64,000 nucleotides of DNA, from NCBI GenBank assembly GCA_051362555.1, contig CM120647.1, positions 6,448,001 to 6,512,000 on the forward strand, in the 5' to 3' direction. Positions 39,772 to 52,179 of this stretch are shown piece by piece. Position 1 is the first letter of the stretch. Each line of letters opens with the position of its first letter. The DNA is from Lingula anatina (lineage: Eukaryota > Animalia > Brachiopoda). Made by a program: the position numbers and the translations under genes. Under the pieces are notes generated by a model, which did no database searches, had not been told where the DNA came from, and worked only from the letters and a program-made list of their open reading frames with translations.

Positions 39772-40942
39772 ATAGTGTTCAGTGTATTTTGTCTGTGATG
39801 TTTGTGAGTGTGTTTGTTGTGCTGTGTTGTGCTGTGTTGTGCTGTCCCAAACACAGGAAGTCAGCCTCCTTCTAAAAGAGGGTACCAGACAGATCAAGTA
39901 TAACCAAGGTAAGTATCAGACACTGTTACACTATTTAGTATATTTGTTTAAATAAGTATTACATTTACATATCAAATTGACTGTCATATTTTGAGAAATT
40001 GAGTTATCAGTGAGCATGTTTAATCATTTGGTTGTGGAACATTGGTTGTCCAAAAAAGAGAGCGTTTATTATAAACAACTTACCTTAGGAAAAAGCCTTG
40101 TTATCCATTTTAATTGCAAAATAAATGGATCTTTCGCTAAATGCAACTTGGGGAATCCCGGATGGGGGAATCCCACAAGAAGAGCCAAGTCCAACTTCTG
40201 AGCTTACATGTCAGAGAAAGCATATTCAATATAAGTGGATTTTCTGCCGAAAACTTGTGAGAAAATGTTGGGAAATATTTTTCCGACTAATTTGCACTAT
40301 ATTTTACAAGACTTCTTTGTCTAGGTAAGCATTTTATTGACGCAAAGCACGGGCGTATAATACGTCACTGTGGGTTATTCATGGACCGAGCGTCACCCCG
40401 GAAAGTAACGTGCAATGTTACAAGAGTTTCTAAGTCCAAGACTTACAAGAATTTGAAAAATGCCTTGTATGTCCAAGTTACAAATTTAGGTATAGAGTTT
40501 TAAGTTACAACGTTTCGATAATACCTCCCCATATATATATATTAAAGGGGTAACAAGGATCATTGAGAAAACAAACCAAAACCTTGAGAAACAAACCAAA
40601 TTGTTAATGAACACTATATATCCCTAGCAGTAGTTGAAAAGCTATGTACATTTTCTCGTCTCGTGTAACGTCAAGCGGTGATTTCCATCACACGTGTTTT
40701 CTACGATATCGACAATATATTGGAAGTCGGCGGAGTAATTTTACAACCGTTTTATTTCCCACCCTCGTTGAGACATCTATAACACATGAAGTATACTTGA
40801 CAATATAGGTTAAAAAATAGCAGAAGACAGGTAATATCCAAAAATAACTAGAGGATTATATACGGGATACTGCCTCCGGGTATTGTACCACCAGCTGGAG
40901 TAAGTGCATTACTTTGGAAAATAAACAAACAACCAGACCAAA

Positions 40943-40974
<32 letters not shown>

Positions 40975-41172
40975 AATAAAATAAATAAGGGGGGGGGGGG
41001 GGACCACCACCAGTGTTGTGTTTGACACTCTACAAAATGCAATAAAAAAATTCTCAATTTTTTGTAGAAACGTACAATGTATAACAAAATCGTGAGGAAA
41101 AGCAAAAGGTCAAATCCAGGGTTGCAGTAAGATTGTGAACATAGCCTACTATATGAAAAAACCCTCCAATGT

Positions 41173-42738
41173 TTAGTGGACATCTTGTCGCACAAACGTA
41201 AGATCTTGTCCGATAGGCTGCACTTCTTTATACATCCCGGTTCGAGTAAATACCCCTCTAATATCTTTTAAAGCCTGACTGTAATTCTTACTACGCTGAT
41301 GAACTTCGACCGTCCACATATCAACCGTTATTTTATCCCACGGGAAAGCTCGGAGAACCTCCAGCTCTGCTCCCTCTATGTCGAGGGAAAAGAAGTCCAC
41401 GTGTGTCCGACCAATGGTGCTTAAAAGCGTCTGAATCGGTAAGCAAAGTAGCCTGCTCTTTCCCCTAATAGGTCGGTTTTTGTTTATTGGGTTGATGGCC
41501 CCAGCATCTGCTCTGCTGGATAACGTGAAATCCAGCCAAATGGGTTTACTCGTGAGACAGGACTGGACCACAAATGCTTTCCTGAAATGAAAGGTATATT
41601 GGATATGTAAGGCAATGTCTATCTATCCACTGTATGTCTAAACATATTTTGTCCGCGGTCATAAATGTGATTCTATCGATTCTATTTAAGTGCAAATTTT
41701 TGTAACCAACAGACAAAAGGTTGAGTTATCACAGAATGCACCCACTTCATTGCCTCAAGAAAACTGTACTTTTCAATTGTGTGAGTGATGTACTTCCTTT
41801 TAGTTTTCTCACCAATTTCATTCGATATACAAAATAGTATGAATCTCATACAAATAATTGTTATCCCTTTAATTATGTGCACTCTTCTCTAACGCAAGAG
41901 AAGTGTGTCACAGTAGAGAAATGTGCCATGATTTAACCAGCGACATATCTGTGAATATCCAATGAAAAATCAGTCTGTAGCCCTGGTGGGTGGTATTACT
42001 CAAGCATGTTGTACAAATCATTTTCATTTTCAACATAGAGGATTGCTTTTATTTATTTGGCCACATACCCGGCATGTGATAACAGCAACAAAGGTCACTT
42101 GTAAGAAAGAGAGAATGGCATGTATAGTTCCCTGCTGTAACCTTGATTTGCTTGGAATGAGGTTGATAAAACAATCTCATACTTGCAGGAGAAACCGAGA
42201 CAAGTACAAGCATAAATTAATGTATAACACTAAAAAGAGATAGGTCTACAGGTGCAAACACAAACCTGCTTTTCATGACAAGTAGTTCAAAATTTTGGGG
42301 GTCTGGTTCCACCAGTATTCCGGTCCAGTTGCGTGATTTTTCGAAAAATAAAGAGTTACTGCCCTTCTCCCCGTCCCAAGCACCTGCCTCCACAAAGAAC
42401 CCATTGCGTCGCTGGTGCAGAACTTGATCAACCAGACTACTTTGGCCGTTTTGGGAATAATCAATTGCTTTAGGCCTCTTAAGATTCCGAGGCCTCCTAG
42501 ACGGCGTATAGAGCAGTTTGCGCCTCACAAACTCAAGCAGCCTGGGATCAAGTGCGTCCAGTTCTCTCGAGAAAAGATCTTGAAGAACCTCGATGTCTGT
42601 ACTGCTTCTTTCTTTCATTTCAAATGTAGAGGAAGGTCCACCACTGTGGGAGAATGTTTTGACGTAAAACCCCATCATGATGAACACAGTTAGTGTGATT
42701 ATTGTACATGCCAGTAGGAAATGTTCTTTGTAATGCAT
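41173..42738 (-). CDS. FkbM/Star-like methyltransferase copy B, 293 aa (exons 42738-42266, 41581-41173)
   Basis: Same motifs and the same 473+409 nt exon structure; 5'UTR exon donor at 43263. Confidence 0.92.
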
Positions 42739-42925
42739 TTTCTACAAAAACAGAAAAATACATATAAAAAAGAATTGATATTAATTTTAAGAACAAAACA
42801 TGCATAAAAATGAAAAAAAGAAAAAACAAGAAAATTCATGTACATACCTCTGTAAATGAAACATTAATTGGAATCACATGCTTGAGCCATTGTATTTAAA
42901 TTCGATCATACTCGTAATTAACGAC

Positions 42926-42976
<51 letters not shown>

Positions 42977-44243
42977 CATATATATAATTATGAAACACAA
43001 GCTGGAAATCCAGGAATGATTTCATACCTTTAGCTGGCCACTTCACTACCTAACGGTAAGTTAGTAACAACATGCATCCACTTACATCAGTCTGATGAAG
43101 GTCTACGTCCAATTAAGCGGTAAGCTAACAGTATGAAAGCATTCCAGGTTGTTATTTATAATTACCATATATGCAGTAAGTGTGGAGTATTCGATTATTT
43201 TCTTTAACATTCTTTAATGTAGATACAGGACTTTAAAAAGTAAATGAATCTGATTATACTTACCGCTGGGTCTTGCAGTCGTTGCACTGGGCAACAGCAA
43301 TATAACTGCAGCGTTTAAATATGATATGCATGATTTATCAATGAGTACGTCATAAATTATAAAGTCGTCTTCATGTTGAAAATGCGGTTTTCTAGATCTT
43401 ATTTCAAGATGATGGCGTATGTCTGGAGATTGATGCTTTATTCTAAAAAAATTCATCCATGAAACCATCTTTTATATCAACATGCGTTCGACTTTGAATA
43501 TCCTATTAAGTGTCACTGGTTTGATCTCTGTAAAAAAGACGCACATGCTGGTGTGTTAACTTTAGATTGAATACAATGTTTTTATAACACGAGTATATAT
43601 AATGATGGAATATTTTGGATTTTGATTTAAGATATTGGGGAGACCCGGTTGGTTGGACCCCGGGGTAAGTTGCCCCCCCCCCCCCATCAATTTATGGAAA
43701 AGTAACAACGGGATGAAAAAAATTGATCACATCATTTTGTAAAGTGACCGTATCTTATAATTCCAAGAAAGCTTCGGTCGTAAAAAAAGTATTATTTAGG
43801 CGGTGAGTCCAAACGAAAAAAAAAAAATGTACATCTTAAACTTTATTTAAGAGATTTTAAAATCTATTTTGATAGGCTTTAGGTCAAATGTGATATATGC
43901 ATACGGCATCAAACTGAAGATCATTGTTTCAAGTTTCACAGAAATGCACCATCGTTTTTCATTCTAGTACCAAAATGGTTGCAATCCTTTAAAAAAAATG
44001 TTGGCCCCCTTGACTAGGGCAAGTTGGACCCTCATATAGACCACAATCCTTTGCGCGCAACAGAGCTACAGACCATTGTTAAAACAAATATGCATATGAA
44101 GTCAATTTTTTTGCCGCAAAAGCATACCAAATGCCAGCATATAGTTTCAAATAGTATAACTAAGAGTATTACCAAAAGACATCGTTTAATAATACCCAAG
44201 AATGATATTTGAATTCATTTTTCTGCTAGCTGTCTATGGTGTA

Positions 44244-45010
44244 TATATGTCAAAGGCCTGGATCAAATCTAGTCCTATGCATAAAAACACAGACCCCATG
44301 TTTATTACGCCCTGGTTGGGCACATTCTTTATGTTGTCTTTGCATTGTTAACAGCATAATCATCATCATCATCATCATTTAGAGCCTATTGTGTTCCACT
44401 GTTGGACAAAGGCCTCAGCATGCTTTTTCCATTGTTTCCTATCCTGAGCCTCAGATTTCCAGTTTGGCCAAGGTTTCTTCTTCCAAGACTTCCAGTAGTC
44501 ATCTAATTCATCCCTCCATCGTTTAACAGCATAATGGGCAAGTTAAATGACCAAGTTAATTGGCCAAGCTGCCGGTTTGTTTGTATGGCATGTGCAGGGG
44601 ATGTCTAAGATCAAGGCACATATAATGATACTAATAGGTGTGGCAAATGAGATATACTTGTATTTCATTACCTGTGATTTGTAAAATACATCAGAGGATG
44701 ATACTTTTAAAGAAGTTTAATGTTTAAAGAAAAGACATGTAGATTGATTTAGTAACATTTAATGTTAAATGTTAAATTAAAGGTGGGCTTCATTTGTGCC
44801 TTGATCTAAGACATCTCCTGCACATGCCATACAAACAAACTGGCAGCTTGGCCAATTAACTTGGTCAAATAACTTGGTCATTTAACTTGTCCATTATACT
44901 GTTAACAATACAAAGACACCATAAAGAATGGGCCCAGCCAGGGCGTAATAAACAAGAGGTCTGGGCTTTTAATGCATGGGACTAGATTTGGTTCGGGCCT
45001 TTGACATATA
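44244..45010. mobile_element. Foldback-type element with inverted arms of about 200 bp, inserted at a TA run
   Basis: TATATGTCAAAGGCC .. GGCCTTTGACATATA; arms align as reverse complements; empty site at about 57015 in the paralogous segment. Confidence 0.85.
44361..44522 (-). mobile_element. 5'-truncated RTE-clade LINE 3' end
   Basis: 13-bp TSD TTAACAGCATAAT; (ATG)n tail; translates RWRDELDDYWKSWKKKPWPNWKSEAQDRKQWKKHAEAFVQQWNTIGSK*, the RW.D..AQDR..W..QQW C-terminus typical of RTE ORFs. Confidence 0.88.
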
Positions 45011-45640
45011 CATGGGGCAGATAAGTAGGTCACATAAGTAGGTTAAATTTCTGACCAAAAATTTAAAGAAAGGGGCAGTCTAAGGCTCTTTTATGGCTGT
45101 TCAAGTGATTCATTCAGTTTATCCCTTGGCATGTCGACTTTATTTGAGTGGTATAAGAAACTAGTAGAAGTGGTTTATATGTGGTATTGGAAATCCACGC
45201 CTTACCGATGCTCGATTCAAATGTGCCTTTAAGACTGAATTTCTTAGTTTCTTTTAAAACAAAAAAATATTATTCGTTTTTCATTAAATAACTGCTTTAT
45301 ACCATTATTAGTTTATTCTTAATTTAAACAAAGTTTAATTAATATATATTTTGCTTTTTGCAACCCATACAACGTAACGTACAAAAACCTCAATATACAT
45401 GTATCTGCCTCATTTGAACTACTTATTCACGAAAGACTCTCAAAAATCAATCTATTAAAATAAAAATGTGTAAAAATGTATTTCGCGGCGTTTACATAGG
45501 ATACTTACTGCATTTTCGTATAGGGTGCCAACTTGCCCCGACCCTGGGGCCAACTTTGAAAAATTGTGGGCCATCTAGCATTCGTTGCATACGTAGGTAA
45601 GTTCATGGGGCTTATTTTGAAACCGGTTTTGTTACTCTAA

Positions 45641-45854
45641 GGCTCTATTCCCATAGATTTTAGATCGATCTATCCCCGCGGGGAGTCTCACTAGATTACT
45701 TTCAGATAATCCGACTTAAATGTCCGTCCCGCCTCTACAAGCCGTAAGGGGGTAATTAACTTTCGTGTCCGCCCGGCTGACAGCTATTTAGCGTGAACCC
45801 CCAGGGAGTTAGGTCGATCTAAAGTAGGTCGATCTAATCTATGGAAATTGGGTG
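45641..45854 (-). mobile_element. Harbinger-like GATCGATC MITE
   Basis: TAA TSD. Confidence 0.88.
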
Positions 45855-46465
45855 TAACTCATTCCTAGTTGGCTCTACATAGGCACAAGTGTCTAACTGG
45901 GCCAACTAGCCCTGGTCTCCCATCATGATTTTTTTTTTCACAGAACCATTGATAAATTTGGGTAGGGCAATCACTAATAAACAATTTGCAAGCTCATTGG
46001 ATAATGCTCAATTAAATCCCCTTTACACTGGACAGCGTCCTTTCTGTGTCCCTTGTGCGACCATGAAACTGGTATTTTTGTGGTTGTAAAAAGGAGGCAC
46101 AAGCATCGCTTTTGTTGCAAAATAATGCTCAATGATCGCCCGGTTGTCGGTACGTGAACTATTATTGTTTTTTACTCCAAAAGAGGGACGCAGAAAGGAC
46201 ATCGTCCAGTGTAAAGGGGGCTTTAGCGATGAGAGTTGTATGCCCTGTGTGACAAGTTTATATGCAGAATATATATATAGGGAGGTCATCAGGGAATAAG
46301 TCAGCGCTGCTTTTAAGTGAGTCGACCATATTTAGTCCGGGGATCTGTATTTAGTCCGAGGATCAACATGTTCTTAAATAAATGCCCTCAGAGTTCTAAA
46401 AAATTGACGTTATCGTTCATATTTCCTCGCGGAAGCCCTCGAGCTGTGTATGGCGGCGACACATA

Positions 46466-46680
46466 CACCCCGTTTCCATAGATTAGATCGACCTACTTTA
46501 GATCGACCTAACTCCCTGGGGGTTCACGCTAAAAAGCTGTCAGCCGGGCGGACACGAAAGGTAATTACCCCCTTACAGCTTGTAGTAGGCGGGACGGACA
46601 TTTAAGTCGGATTATCTGAAAGTAATCTAGTGAGACTCCCGGCGGGGATAGATCGATCTAAAATCTATGGGAATAGAGGC
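46466..46680 (+). mobile_element. Harbinger-like GATCGATC MITE
   Basis: ATA/ATA flanks; empty sites in paralogous segments at about 51000 and 58100. Confidence 0.9.
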
Positions 46681-46726
46681 ATAGGTCACGATAAGCTGGG
46701 CATGCAGCTGAAGAGGAATTGTTTTT

Positions 46727-46935
46727 ACCGGCGTTGCAGGAATAAAAGTCCGCTAGGAACTGCAGTCCGCTTCCAATTACTTTGTACAGATAAGAGTTAT
46801 CCTAAATACTAGCCCCAATATCCCAGCTTACCCTAACCAAGGAGTTACATCTGTTGTAACTCCTTGCCCTAATATGTATTAATCATATGGGAGCCCGGAT
46901 TTCCCTTCCTAGGACTACCTCACTACTCACACCGG
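46727..46935. mobile_element. MITE family with CCGGTGT.ACAGGAA..GTCC TIR-like ends and internal CCCTAAC-like tract; other copies at about 21770-21885, 26425-26545, 51040-51251, 58153-58360
   Basis: Shared GTCCGCTAGGAAC and TAATCATATGGGAGCCCGGACTTCC blocks; ends are reverse complements. Confidence 0.65.
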
Positions 46936-47407
46936 AATTATGCATCTCTGCAATAGTTAAACGTCTCACAATCATGGCCGTCACACCTAACACAATTACA
47001 AATCTGAAATGTCGGGTTGGCCTCTGATATCAGTGGATACAATTCACCTCCAGTTTTTCAAAAGGTAAATTGTTTCTAAACGGGCTAACCTCCTTTTATC
47101 TTTTCTTTATCGTTGATAACAGTAGATCTTAATTTAGTAAATAGACACTTAATTATCCATGCAGTTCAAAGGTCTTCGAGAAATTTCAAATTTTAATGAT
47201 CGTCATATTGATTGTTGGACCAAACTATAATCAGCCGGCTTCTCTAAAATAAACTAGACAAAGTCGTAGGGGTAATGTTACAACCGTTTCATATTCCACC
47301 CATATACAGCGTGTCACTTTTGTATCGCTTCCTAAGAAGGTATTCCCGCATGTAGCCGTTAGGGTTCCTTCATTTCACTGAAAAGTCAATGTGGCCCCAC
47401 CTCACTC

Positions 47408-47990
47408 GGATTCTCGCACGTTTTCTTGTTTCGTGTGACGTCACGCGGTGATTTCCATCACACGTGTTTTCTACGATATCGACAATAGGAAGTCAGTGGA
47501 GTAATTTTACAACCGTTTTATTTCCCACCCTCGTTGAGACATCTACCAGTATAACGCACGAAGTAGACTTAACAATATAAGACCAAACCATAGCAAAAAC
47601 ACAGGTAATATCCAAAAATAACTAGAAGATCATAGAGGCGATACTACCTCCGGGTATTGTACCACCAACTGGAGTAAGCGCATTCCTATATGCACCCCAC
47701 TCCCTTCATTTCACCTCATTTCACCTCAAGCGGATTCTCGCACGTTTCTCGTCTCGTGTGACGTCACACAGTGATTTCCATCACACGTGTTTTCTACGAT
47801 ATCGACAATAGGAAGTCAGTGGAGTAATTTTACAACCGTTTTGTTTCCGGTATCTACCGGTATAACGCATGAAGTATACTTAACAATATAGGTTAAAAAA
47901 AAGGTAATATTCAAAAATAACTAGAGGATCATAGTGGCTATACGGCCTCCGGATATTGTACCACCAACTGGAGTAAGAACATTCCTATGG
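47408..47990. repeat. Tandem duplication (period about 324 bp) of the block found downstream of the methyltransferase copies
   Basis: GGATTCTCGCACGTTT..TGACGTCAC..GGAGTAAG..CATTCCTAT occurs at 47408 and 47732. Confidence 0.85.
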
Positions 47991-48123
47991 ACCCCCCCCC
48001 CCCAAAAAAAAAAAAAAAAAAAAAAGAGGGGGGGGGGGGGTCCACCACCAGTGTTGTGTTAGACAAGCCCTAGGGTTGCAGTAAGCCTGTTAACCTACTA
48101 TATGAAAAAAAATCATCCGATGT

Positions 48124-49669
48124 TTAGTGGACATCTTGTCGCACAAACGTAAGATCTTGCCCGATAGGCTGCACTTCTTTATACATCCCGGTTCGAGTAA
48201 ATACCCCTCTAATATCTATCAAAGCCTGACTGTAATTCTTACTACGCTGATGAACTTCCACCGTCCACATATCGACCGTTATTTTATCCCACGGGAAAGA
48301 TCGGAGAACCTCCAGCTCTGCTCCCTCTATGTCGAGGGAAAAGAAGTCTACGTGTGTCCGTCCAATGGTGCTTAAAAGCGTCTGGATCGGCAGGCAAAGT
48401 AATTTGCTCTTTCCCTTAACACTTATTCGTTTGTTTATTGGGTTGATGGCTCCACTATCTGCTCTGCTGGATAACGTGAAATCTAGCCAAATGGGTTTAC
48501 TCGTGAGGCAGGACTGGACCACAAATGCCTTCCTGAAATGAAACGTATATGTACCTTGTAATGGGAATCATATAAAGGGCAATGTGTACACACTTTGTAT
48601 GTCTAAACATTTGCAGTCCGCGGTTATAAATGTGATTCTATCAATTCTATTTAAGTGTAAATTTTTGTAACCACAGAATTGTATCACAGATTGCGCCCAC
48701 TTTCTTCACTGCCTTAAGAAAACTGTAATTTTCAACTGTAACTCGAGAGAAATGCGTAACAGTATAGAAATGTGCCATGATTTAACCAGCGACATATTTG
48801 TGAATACTACTCTCTACCAGGGCGGCAAATTTTCCACAGATATTCACAGATATGATAAAGAGACAGTCATTTTGGTCTGATATTTCAACCACAAAAGTCC
48901 TCAATAATAACTGCAGCCCTGTTAGAGGGTATGTGAATTCCTTGTGAAAAATCAATCGGGGTATTATCCAAGCATGTTGTACAATTCATTTGCGACATGG
49001 TAATTTGCTTTTATTGGGCCACATAGGTCATAACGAGCAACAAAGTGACTTGTAAGTAATGGGGTGTAAAGTTCCCTTCTGTAACCTTGACCTTTTGTCA
49101 CCTTGACCTGCTTGTATCAGACACCGAGACAAGCACAGACATAAATTAACTCATAATTCGTAAAAAAGAAATATGTCTACAAGTGCCATCTCAAACCTGC
49201 TTTTCATGACAAGTAGTTCGAAATTCCGGGGGTCTGGTTCCACCAGTATTCCGGTCCAATTGCGTGATTTTTCGAAAAATAAAGAGTTGCTGCCCTGCTC
49301 CCCGTCCAAAGCACCGGCCTCCACAAAGAACCCATCTCGTCGTTGGTGCAGAACTTTATCAACCAGACTACTTTGGCCGTTTTGGGAATAATGAACTGCT
49401 TTGGGCCTCCTAAGATTCCGAGGCCTCCTAGACGGCGTAAAGAGCAGTTTGCGCCTTACAAACTCTAGCAGCCTGAGATCAAGTGCGTCCATTTCTTTCG
49501 AGAAAAGATCTTGAAGAACCTCGATGTCAGTACTGCTTCCTTCATTCATTTGAAAAGAAGAGGAAGGTCTACCACTGTATGTGATTGTTTTGTCATAAAA
49601 TCCCACCATTAAGAACACAGTTAGTATGATTATTGTACATGCCAACAAGATATGTCCTTTGTAATGCAT
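48124..49669 (-). CDS. FkbM/Star-like methyltransferase copy C, 293 aa (exons 49669-49197, 48532-48124)
   Basis: Same structure; motif I variant EAGALDGE; 5'UTR donor at 50214. Confidence 0.92.
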
Positions 49670-50240
49670 TTTCTACAAAATAATAGTAATAAATAATAAA
49701 TAATAACAATAAAATAATTGATCAATTTAAAAAGCATAGAGATTAGCTTTAAGATAAACATGCATGAAAATAGAAAAATGAAAAAGAAGAAAATTTATGT
49801 ACATTAATGAAAAATTAATTGGAATCAGATGCTTGGACTATTGTATGTATTTAAATTCGGTCATACATGTTATCAACGTCAGTAATTGTAAAGTGCAAAA
49901 GAAATCGAGCAATAATGTTCATTAACTTCGTAGTTGAAACATATATGATAATTATAAAACACAAGGGATGATGTCATACCGTTAGCTGGTTGCTTAACTA
50001 ACTAGCTGTAATTTACTAACCACATGTAATTACAGTCTGATAAAGGCCTTTGTCCAAGTTGGACGTTAGCTAACGGTATGAAAACATCCCTACTCTTATT
50101 TTGTTATTACCATATGTGCAGTTAGTGTCCAGTATTCGGTTCATTTTTTTCACATTCTTTAATGTAATGCAGTACCTAACAAAGTTAATGAATCTCATCA
50201 TACAGGGTACTTACCGCTGTGCCTTGTAGTGGTCGAAGAA

Positions 50241-50366
50241 TATTTTAGGCGACAGCAATATAACTGCAGCGTTTAAATATATTAGAATATATATTAATTA
50301 TATATATATATACCGGTATTACATGCATATTTAAACGCTGAAGTTTTACTGCTGTTGCCCAAAATA
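50241..50366. promoter_or_regulatory. Copy C putative core promoter with a 40-bp inverted duplication
   Basis: 50241-50280 is the reverse complement (5 mismatches) of 50327-50366; both arms carry the ATATTTAAACGCTG TATA-like motif also seen upstream of copies B, D and E. Confidence 0.6.
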
Positions 50367-52179
50367 ATCATTAATTATAAATCCGCCTTCATTTTGAAAA
50401 TGCTGTTTTCGAGAACGTATTTCGAGATGAAAGCTGACCCTGGAGACGGTTGTTTAATTGTTAATAAAAGCATCCATGAAACCATCTGCTACATGAACAT
50501 GGTGCGTTCGGAGAGCAGGCCCTTTGAACATCCTTTAAGTATCTCTGGTTTGATCCCTCCTTGTAAGAAAGACGCACATGCTGGTTTGTTAACTTTAGAA
50601 ACCAATGCGATATGTTTTTATAACATTTTATAAATCTTAATGTATTCCCGGCTTTAAATTTCACGGCGACAATTTTCACAAAACCATTGACATACCTGGC
50701 TAGGGCAATGACTAATAACCAGTTTGCAAGCTATGGATGCGGAACCAGTTCATTGAATAATAGCAATGAGAGTTGTATGCCCTGTGTGACAAGTCTTAGC
50801 AGAATATTTAGAGTGAGGTCATCAGGGAATAAGTCGGCGCTGCTTTAAAAGGAGTCGACCATATTTAGTCCGCAGATCTGTATTTAGTCCGAGGATCAAC
50901 ATGTTCTTAAATAAATGCCATCAAAATTCTAAAAAAATTGACGTTATCGTTCACATTTCCTCGCGGAAGCTCTCGAGCTGTGTATATCGGCGACACAATA
51001 GGCCACAATAAGCTGGGCAGAAGAAGACTTGTTCATAACGGTGTTGCAGGAATGGAAGTCCGCTAGGAACCGCAGTCCGCTTCTAATTACTTTGTACAGG
51101 TAACAGTCGTCCTAAATACTAGCCCCAATACCCAAGCTTACCCTTACATGTACCTTGGACATAATAAGAGATCCTTTTTATGTCCAAGCATGTACTAAAC
51201 ATATGGGAGCGCGGACTTCCGTTTCTAGGACTACCATTCCTGTCACACAGGGCTACCATCTGATTAGTTTATTATATTATATCACTCTACTTGTATCAAC
51301 GTCCGTTTAAAATGAAACTTTTTGTTTAACTGGGTACAGTAAAACATGTGTTATACAAAGTGCAATGATTTTGTTTTCGCGGTGCCTCTTTCACAGAATT
51401 ATGTATCGCTGCAAAAATGGTAAAAATGTCACAATCATGGCCGTCACAGCTAACACAATTACAAATCTGAAATGACGGGTATGCCCCTGATATCAATGGA
51501 TACAATTCATCCCCAGTTTTTAAAAGGTAAATTGTTTCTAAACGGGCTCACCTCCTTTTATCTATTTTTTATCTTTGACAACAATAAATCTTACCGTAAT
51601 TCAGTAAAGAGACACTTGATTATCCAAGCAGAAATTCGAGAAATTTCCAATTTTAATGGTCGGCATATTGAATGTTGGAGCAAAGGGCAATCAGCCGTCT
51701 TCTCTAAAATAAACTAGACAAAGTCGTAGCTGTAATGTTACAAGCTTTTGATATTCCACCCATATACAGCTACCAGTCTACTTTTAACTCTCGATTCGAC
51801 AATAGGAAGTCAGCGGAGTAATTTTACAACCGTTTTATTTTCCACCCTCGTTGAGACATCTATAACGCATGAAGTAGACTTAACAATATAGGTTAAGAAT
51901 AGCAAATGTTAGGTAATACCCAAATAACTAGAGGATCATATAGGGGATACTGCCTCCGGGTATTGTACCACCAGCTGGAGTAAGCGCATTACTATGGAAA
52001 AAAGGGACACCACCACCACCAGTGTTGTGTTTGACAAACTCTACAAAATGCAATAACCAAAATTCTCATTTTTTGTAGAAACTCACAATGTATAAGAAAA
52101 TCTAGGGGAAAAGTAAAAAGTTAATTCCAGGGTTGCAGTAATACATAACCTACTATATAAAATAAAAACCCTCCAATGT

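Larger units (their letters stand above)
43636..45922. mobile_element. About 2.3-kb non-autonomous TIR element hosting nested insertions; paralogous truncated copy at about 56440-57556
   Basis: GGGGAGACCCGGTTGGTTGG .. CCAACTAGCCCTGGTCTCCC termini; not present upstream of copy C. Superfamily unassigned. Confidence 0.6.
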
